The position numbers were made by a program, and so were the translations under genes. The notes beneath the pieces are model-generated. The model ran no database searches, was not told where the DNA came from, and saw only the letters and a program-made list of their open reading frames with translations. 64,000 nucleotides of DNA from a bacterium (GTDB lineage: Bacteria > SAR324 > XYD2-FULL-50-16): contig JAVVEA010000007.1 in assembly GCA_032250835.1 (NCBI GenBank), forward strand, positions 80,487-144,486, given 5' to 3'. Of the stretch, positions 58,357 to 64,000 are shown in pieces (positions within the stretch are counted from its first letter, which is position 1; every line of letters starts with the position of its first letter).

Positions 58357-59036
58357 TGGGTAAACTTTTATGGGGGCTCTTCGCCCTGGGTCTTGCAGCG
58401 AGCTGCTCCAGCATCAACGTCTCAAGCGAGCGGATGAACCAAGATGCCCAAGGCCGCTTGTACCAGCAAAAAAAACTGACCGGCAACAGCCAAAACATCG
58501 ACTATCTGGAGCCCAGCGCCGGGCTTTTTCTGGATACTGGCGACCAGCAATTACCCGAAAACCAAGCCGAACGTTTGAGTCAGTCGCTCATCAAGCAGCT
58601 TGAAGGGTATCAACTATTCCAGCAGATGCGCCCCCCGGGGGTGATGAAAGACGAGCTACAGCCAAACCGCCCTTTAAGGGTAGCGGCGGACAGCTATTTT
58701 GATAGCCTCTTGACCTTGGCGGTCTCGGATCGGGACATTTCCCGCCCCTTGGGCGAGTTCTTTCAGGTCGGTAACTTTTTGGTTTATCAGGTCGTCGCTT
58801 GGCCTTGTCCAAGTTGTACCAACCGGTCTATCATGAGAATGAAGCTGCGTTTAGTGGACGCTAAATCCGGCGGGATATTATGGACCGGCACCGTCGAACG
58901 TTCGCTGTACGATACCGAATTGGGAGATTTGGAGCCCATATCCTTTGAGTTGACCGACAAACTAGCCCAGATGTTTCTTGACCGATTCCGGGTCAAATGG
59001 CACAAGGCGCGTTTTCTCCAACTTGCTGCACATTAA
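58356..59036 (+). CDS. Hypothetical lipoprotein
   Basis: Lipobox LAASC; RLVDAKSG.ILW motif; CPSC. Confidence 0.7.
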   Translation: MGKLLWGLFALGLAASCSSINVSSERMNQDAQGRLYQQKKLTGNSQNIDYLEPSAGLFLDTGDQQLPENQAERLSQSLIKQLEGYQLFQQMRPPGVMKDELQPNRPLRVAADSYFDSLLTLAVSDRDISRPLGEFFQVGNFLVYQVVAWPCPSCTNRSIMRMKLRLVDAKSGGILWTGTVERSLYDTELGDLEPISFELTDKLAQMFLDRFRVKWHKARFLQLAAH

Positions 59037-59050
59037 GCCCCAGGGGAGCG

Positions 59051-59662
59051 ATGCTTAAGGAGCTGCAAAGCAAAATCCGCCAATGGACCTTAGGCCTTGA
59101 GTCTAGCGAGCGCCCCCTACCGCCCGAAGTGGCGGGCAACCCCCTTTCTCAATACCTAAAGCTCTACCGCCGCCAGCACCACATGGTCACCTTGTTGTAC
59201 CGGGGTTTGGTGATCGCCTTTGCGGTGCTTTTGGGCTTGGTTAGCTACTTGGTTTTTAGTTCCCTAGAGGAGTTGGGCAGCCCCGACTGGGCCCCCTATG
59301 CTCTGGTGGTGCTCGATGCTTTTTTGTTATTGGGCTTGATCAAAGCCTTTGAAGAACTGCGGCGCTACCGGCGTAAAAATGCGGAGATTTTAGATCTCGT
59401 CAGTGAGCATCTCGCCCGGGACTTAAAAAAGCTAGAGCGGATCAAAAGCGAACAGAGCCAATTGATCGCCCAAAAGAAGAAGATCCATGCCCTCAATGAG
59501 GACCTCAAGGCCGCCCAAGAAGACTTGATCGAGAGCGCCGACTTACCCGAACACACCGGCTGGGACGCAAAGGCCTGCCCGCAATGCGGGCTTAAGATCG
59601 AATTACTTGATGAGGTCTGCCCCCGATGCTTCCACCTCTTCGGTTCGGTCTTGCCCGACTAG
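59051..59662 (+). CDS. Membrane protein with coiled coil and C-terminal zinc ribbon
   Basis: Two TM helices; CPQC...CPRC; GGGGAG RBS. Confidence 0.7.
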   Translation: MLKELQSKIRQWTLGLESSERPLPPEVAGNPLSQYLKLYRRQHHMVTLLYRGLVIAFAVLLGLVSYLVFSSLEELGSPDWAPYALVVLDAFLLLGLIKAFEELRRYRRKNAEILDLVSEHLARDLKKLERIKSEQSQLIAQKKKIHALNEDLKAAQEDLIESADLPEHTGWDAKACPQCGLKIELLDEVCPRCFHLFGSVLPD

Positions 59663-59663
59663 C

Positions 59664-59692
59664 TAGACAAGGGGGGTCAGCCTCCCTATAAT
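59664..59692 (+). promoter_or_regulatory. Sigma70-type promoter for rfbBA
   Basis: TAGACA-17 bp-TATAAT. Confidence 0.6.
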
Positions 59693-59748
59693 CCACGAAA
59701 CGCCTTTGCTTTTGTTTTTTTATCTCAACTCAGACCCTTTTGGAGCTG

Positions 59749-60810
59749 ATGAGTCATAGATATTTGGTTACCGGCGGTGCGGGCTTTATTGGTGCAAACT
59801 TTCTGCATATGGTTCGCCAGTTGGAGCCCGATGCTCATCTGCTGTGTTTAGACAAACTGACTTACGCAGGCAATCTGGAGAACCTCCAAGACCTAGCCGA
59901 AGACCCCTTATTCCGCTTGGTCCAAGGGGACATCTGCGACGAATCCTTAGTAACCCAGGTACTGGCCGATTTTGAGCCGGACCGGTTGGTCCATTTTGCC
60001 GCAGAGTCCCACGTAGACCGGAGCATTGACGGGCCCCAAGAGTTTGTCCGCACCAATGTGGTGGGCACTTTAAATTTATTGGTCCAGAGCCGAACCTATT
60101 ATGAAGCCCTGCCCCCTCAAAAAGCGGCAAAATTTCGTTTCCTGCACGTCAGCACCGATGAGGTCTATGGCAGCTTAGGCGAGCAAGGGAAATTCACCGA
60201 AGAGACGGCCTACGCGCCTAACAGCCCCTATTCTGCTTCCAAAGCTGGCTCAGACCATTTGGTACGCGCTTGGTGGCACACCTACCACTTCCCGGTGGTG
60301 ACCACCAACTGCTCAAACAACTATGGCCCTTACCAATTCCCAGAAAAGTTAATCCCGGTGATCATCCTCAATGCCCTAAGCGGCAAAGCTCTCCCCATCT
60401 ACGGCGACGGCGGCAACATCCGCGATTGGCTCTATGTAGAGGACCATTGCCGGGGCATCTATGCGGCCATCGAGCAAGGTCGTTTAGGCGAGTGTTATAA
60501 TATTGGTGGGAACAATGAGCTAACCAACTTGCAAGTGGTCCACCGGATCTGCGAACTGCTAGACCGTTTGCGGCCCAAGCCACAGGGGAGCTATAAAGAC
60601 CAAATCACCTTTGTTCCCGACCGTCCGGGCCATGACCGGCGCTACGCCATCGACGCCGAAAAGATCCACCAAGAATTGGCCTGGGAACCGACAGAGACCT
60701 TTGCGACTGGATTTGAAAAAACCATCCGTTGGTATTTAGAGCATCCCGAGTGGACCGAACACATCCTCAGCGGCAGCTACCGTTTAGAGCGCTTGGGACT
60801 CAACTCTTAA
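59749..60810 (+). CDS. rfbB: dTDP-glucose 4,6-dehydratase
   Basis: TGGAGFIG, DKLTYAGN, AAESHVDRSI, STDEVYG, SPYSASKA, DRPGHDRRYAID. Confidence 0.97.
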   Translation: MSHRYLVTGGAGFIGANFLHMVRQLEPDAHLLCLDKLTYAGNLENLQDLAEDPLFRLVQGDICDESLVTQVLADFEPDRLVHFAAESHVDRSIDGPQEFVRTNVVGTLNLLVQSRTYYEALPPQKAAKFRFLHVSTDEVYGSLGEQGKFTEETAYAPNSPYSASKAGSDHLVRAWWHTYHFPVVTTNCSNNYGPYQFPEKLIPVIILNALSGKALPIYGDGGNIRDWLYVEDHCRGIYAAIEQGRLGECYNIGGNNELTNLQVVHRICELLDRLRPKPQGSYKDQITFVPDRPGHDRRYAIDAEKIHQELAWEPTETFATGFEKTIRWYLEHPEWTEHILSGSYRLERLGLNS

Positions 60811-60825
60811 ACCTTCAGGACAGGT

Positions 60826-61683
60826 ATGAAAGGAATCATTCTGGCAGGTGGCACCGGCACCCGGCTTTATCCGGTGACCCAAGTGGTCAGTAAACAATTG
60901 ATGCCGGTCTACGACAAACCGATGATCTACTATCCGCTCAGCACGCTCATGCTGGCCGGTATCCGCGAGATTTTAATCATCACCACCCCGCACGACCAAG
61001 CCCAATATAAGGCCCTCTTAGGAGACGGAACTCAATGGGGGTTACGGCTTGAGTATTGCGTTCAAGAACGCCCAGAGGGCGTGGCGCAAGCGCTGATTCT
61101 AGGCGAACAGTTTTTAGACGGAGGCCCTTGTACCTTGATCTTAGGGGATAACCTTTTTTATGGCGAAGGTCTCCCAGCGATGATCAAAAAAGGGATTCAG
61201 ACCAACCAAGGAGCCACCATTTTCGGGTATTATGTTAGTGACCCCCAAGCTTATGGTGTGATCGAGTTTGATGCCGAGGGTAAGGTGGTCAGCCTAGAAG
61301 AAAAACCCAAGCAACCCAAAAGTCATTTTGCCGTGCCGGGCATTTATATTTTTAATGGCTCCGCTTCTCAATATGCCAGAGAACAAGCCCCTTCACCTAG
61401 GGGGGAGCTAGAAATCACCGACTTGAACCTGCGGTATTTGGCCGAAGGCCAGTTGCATGCCGTGCAGTTGGGCCGAGGAATCGCATGGTTAGATACGGGC
61501 ACCCACAAAACCCTATTGCAAGCTGCGAACTTTATCCGCACGATCATTGAAAGGCAGGGCTTACAAATCGGCTCACCTGAAGAGGTCGCTTACCGCGCTG
61601 GCTGGATTAGCAAGGCGGAATTATTGGCCCTTTGCCAAAAATACGGTAAAAACGATTATGGTTCCTATTTGACCAGTCTATAA
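60826..61683 (+). CDS. rfbA: Glucose-1-phosphate thymidylyltransferase
   Basis: GIILAGG.GTRLYP, SKQL.PVYDKPMIYYP, EEKP, RGELEITD, WLDTGT. Confidence 0.97.
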   Translation: MKGIILAGGTGTRLYPVTQVVSKQLMPVYDKPMIYYPLSTLMLAGIREILIITTPHDQAQYKALLGDGTQWGLRLEYCVQERPEGVAQALILGEQFLDGGPCTLILGDNLFYGEGLPAMIKKGIQTNQGATIFGYYVSDPQAYGVIEFDAEGKVVSLEEKPKQPKSHFAVPGIYIFNGSASQYAREQAPSPRGELEITDLNLRYLAEGQLHAVQLGRGIAWLDTGTHKTLLQAANFIRTIIERQGLQIGSPEEVAYRAGWISKAELLALCQKYGKNDYGSYLTSL

Positions 61684-61763
61684 TACCCAGATATAACCTG
61701 AAGGGTCTAAACTATGACATTCCAAAGCAGTGACCCGCTCCACCAACCTTTAAAGCCCTCTGA

Positions 61764-62540
61764 ATGATGCAACAGCTTAGTTTGTCGGTGATCATGCCGG
61801 CGCTCAACGAAGAAAATAACATCGAAAAATCCGTCCGCAACGCCTTAAATGCAATCGATGACTACAAGATTGATGGTCAGGTAGTGGTGGTCAATGACGG
61901 GAGTTCAGACCGAACCCAGGAAATTGCCACTAATCTGCAAGCGCAAGATGACCGGGTTAAAGTGGTGACCCACGAAAAGCCCTGGGGCTTTGGGGCCAGC
62001 TTTTGGGATGGGGTGGACCATGCCACCAAAGATCATGTGGTGCTGCTTCCTGGAGACAACGAAAACGATCCCTGGGAAATCCTTATGTACAGCCCTCTTT
62101 TAGAGCACGTAGATATTGTGATCCCCTTTGTGTACAATAAAGAGGTGCGCTCTACCTACCGCCGGATCTTGAGTTTTGTGTACCGGATGGTGGTCAACGT
62201 CACCTTCCGGACCAACCTCAACTACACCAACGGGACCGTACTCTACAACCGTTCGATCTTGATGCAGTTGCCGCACCGCTCCAATAGCTTCTTCTTCCAG
62301 ACCGACATCCTGATCCGGCTGCTACATCGGGGTTATCTCTTTGCTGAAGTCCCTTACCGTTTAGAACAGCGCGAAGGAGGGGTGTCTAAAGCCGTGAGCT
62401 TCCCTAACTTTGTGCAGGTTGCCAAAGGCTACCTCCGCCTGTTTAAGGACATGCATTACCACGGAGATGACGCCCAAGTCTTAGACGACACCAAGAGCGC
62501 GAACCGAAACCGAGTCAGCAACGACCGGTTCCAGCCCTAG
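61764..62540 (+). CDS. Glycosyltransferase family 2
   Basis: SVIMPALNEE, VVNDGSSD, R..G.SK. Confidence 0.9.
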   Translation: MMQQLSLSVIMPALNEENNIEKSVRNALNAIDDYKIDGQVVVVNDGSSDRTQEIATNLQAQDDRVKVVTHEKPWGFGASFWDGVDHATKDHVVLLPGDNENDPWEILMYSPLLEHVDIVIPFVYNKEVRSTYRRILSFVYRMVVNVTFRTNLNYTNGTVLYNRSILMQLPHRSNSFFFQTDILIRLLHRGYLFAEVPYRLEQREGGVSKAVSFPNFVQVAKGYLRLFKDMHYHGDDAQVLDDTKSANRNRVSNDRFQP

Positions 62541-62564
62541 TCAAGAAGCGGCGAACATCGCCCA

Positions 62565-63560
62565 TTACTGGTCGTGTTCGTTGCTGATCGTCGGTGCCGG
62601 GAGGTTGATCGTTTTTCGGATCAAGTAGAGCGGTCGGTTGATCACTTCGCCATGGATATTGCCGATGTACAAGGCTATAAAGCCCAAACACATCAGCACA
62701 ATCCCGTTGAGTAGCATATTGGCGATAATAACAATTGCCGAAGGGGTCACGTTAAAAAAGCGACCTCCCATCAAGTAATCAGTTAAGCTGGCGGCTAGCC
62801 CCAAGCCGCTTAGGCCGGTGATCAACAGCCCCATATAAGCAGCCAACTTCAGCGGGAAGATAGAAAAGCTCGTCACCGAATCGATCGCTAGCTGGAGCAA
62901 CTTGCCATAAGAATATCCCGCCACACCTTCGCTGCGTTCGTCGGCAACAAATTCGACGTAGACCTTTCGGTAGCCCATCCAGTCGATGATCCCCCGGTAC
63001 ATCCGGCTTCGTTCCGTGATCACGTTAAATCGATTGATGATGGTCTTATCGATCAGTCGGTAATCGGTGGTTTTATTGACCATTTCCACCGACGAGATTT
63101 TGGACATCACCCAATAAAAAACACCCGAACCGATCCGGCGCATCAGAGGTTGGCGCTTTTGTTCAACCCTGATAGTAGCCACAATTTCAGCACCTGCCTC
63201 CCATTGCGCAAGCAATTTAGGAATCAGTGCCGGCGGGTGTTGTAGGTCTGCATCCAAGGTGATTGCGGCTGCCCCAGCGGCGTGGTGAATACCTGCCGAA
63301 AGAGCGATCTCCTTGCCAAAATTGCGTGAAAATTCAACCACTTTCACTCGCTCATCCTCTTGGCAAAGCAGTTCTAAAACGGTTTGACTGGAATCGGGGC
63401 TTCCATCGTTGACGAAAATAAATTCCCATTGATACTGGGGCAACCGATCTATCTCGGTTTTTACGGCCAATAAGAAGGGTCTTAAATTTTTCTCCTCACG
63501 AAAAACCGGCACAACCAGGGAAATTAGCTTTTGGCTGCTTACCGAATCCTGCGAACTCAT
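62565..63560 (-). CDS. GT2 polyprenol-phosphate glycosyltransferase (GtrB/ArnC-like)
   Basis: ISLVVPVFREE, VNDGS.D, FSRNFGKE, DADLQHPP, two C-terminal TM helices, RPLY. Confidence 0.92.
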   Translation of the reverse strand: MSSQDSVSSQKLISLVVPVFREEKNLRPFLLAVKTEIDRLPQYQWEFIFVNDGSPDSSQTVLELLCQEDERVKVVEFSRNFGKEIALSAGIHHAAGAAAITLDADLQHPPALIPKLLAQWEAGAEIVATIRVEQKRQPLMRRIGSGVFYWVMSKISSVEMVNKTTDYRLIDKTIINRFNVITERSRMYRGIIDWMGYRKVYVEFVADERSEGVAGYSYGKLLQLAIDSVTSFSIFPLKLAAYMGLLITGLSGLGLAASLTDYLMGGRFFNVTPSAIVIIANMLLNGIVLMCLGFIALYIGNIHGEVINRPLYLIRKTINLPAPTISNEHDQ

Positions 63561-63567
63561 AGAATAC

Positions 63568-64000
63568 CTAGGGGCGTCCGATACTGTAATATTCAAAGCC
63601 CCGCTCGGTCATCTTGCGGGGGTCGTAGATGTTGCGTCCGTCAAATACCAAGGGCAACTTGAGGGCCTTCTTGACCAAATCAAGGTCCGGGCGGCGGAAC
63701 TCGGCCCATTCGGTGATGATCACCAGCGCGTCGGCGCCCTCTAAGGCTTCGTAGTTGGTCTTAGTCAAAGCCACCCGGTCGCCGATGTCGGCAAACTGGG
63801 GGTAGACCTCTGGGGACTTAAATAAAATCCGCTCGGCCTCTTCCATCGCTTCGGGATCAAAGGCGGCCACCGTAGCGCCGCGCTTGAGCAAGGTATCGAT
63901 CAAAACCAACGCCGGGGCTTCGCGCATGTCATCGGTCTTGGGCTTAAAGGACAGGCCCCAGATGGCAAAGCGCTTACCGCTTAAGTCTTCACCGAAGCGT
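63568..64000 (-). CDS. ugd: UDP-glucose/GDP-mannose dehydrogenase family (3' part; 5' end off the window)
   Basis: AIWGLSFKPKTDDMREAP, FDP.A, TEW.EF, FDGRN. Confidence 0.9.
   Translation of the reverse strand, partial: RFGEDLSGKRFAIWGLSFKPKTDDMREAPALVLIDTLLKRGATVAAFDPEAMEEAERILFKSPEVYPQFADIGDRVALTKTNYEALEGADALVIITEWAEFRRPDLDLVKKALKLPLVFDGRNIYDPRKMTERGFEYYSIGRP

Overview
Gene-dense bacterial chromosome segment of mid-50s %GC from a Gram-negative organism. The gene set and LexA box style suggest a delta-proteobacterial lineage (inference only). The backbone carries housekeeping genes (pepA, lexA, argH, lpxC, hemL, class II nrdJ, accD, mutS, an amidase), a MoxR/vWA (Bat-like) operon containing crcB, and many scattered LPS/surface-glycan genes (GT9 pair, YfhO-like, gmd, wzx, GT10, rfbB/rfbA, GT2s, ugd). 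Three AT-richer inserts stand out. (1) A ~4.6 kb cassette at 32.4-37.05 kb holds two translationally coupled genes, a 551-aa unknown and an 847-aa protein with two PLD-type HxK...GSxN motifs. It is bracketed by two nested sets of inverted sites (a 22-bp GGGGACAGTATAC-type motif and IS3-like TATAGTGGACC ends) and is the best candidate for a mobile anti-phage module. (2) An XcyI-family type II restriction-modification pair. (3) An orphan PD-(D/E)xK gene. No rRNA, tRNA or CRISPR array was seen.
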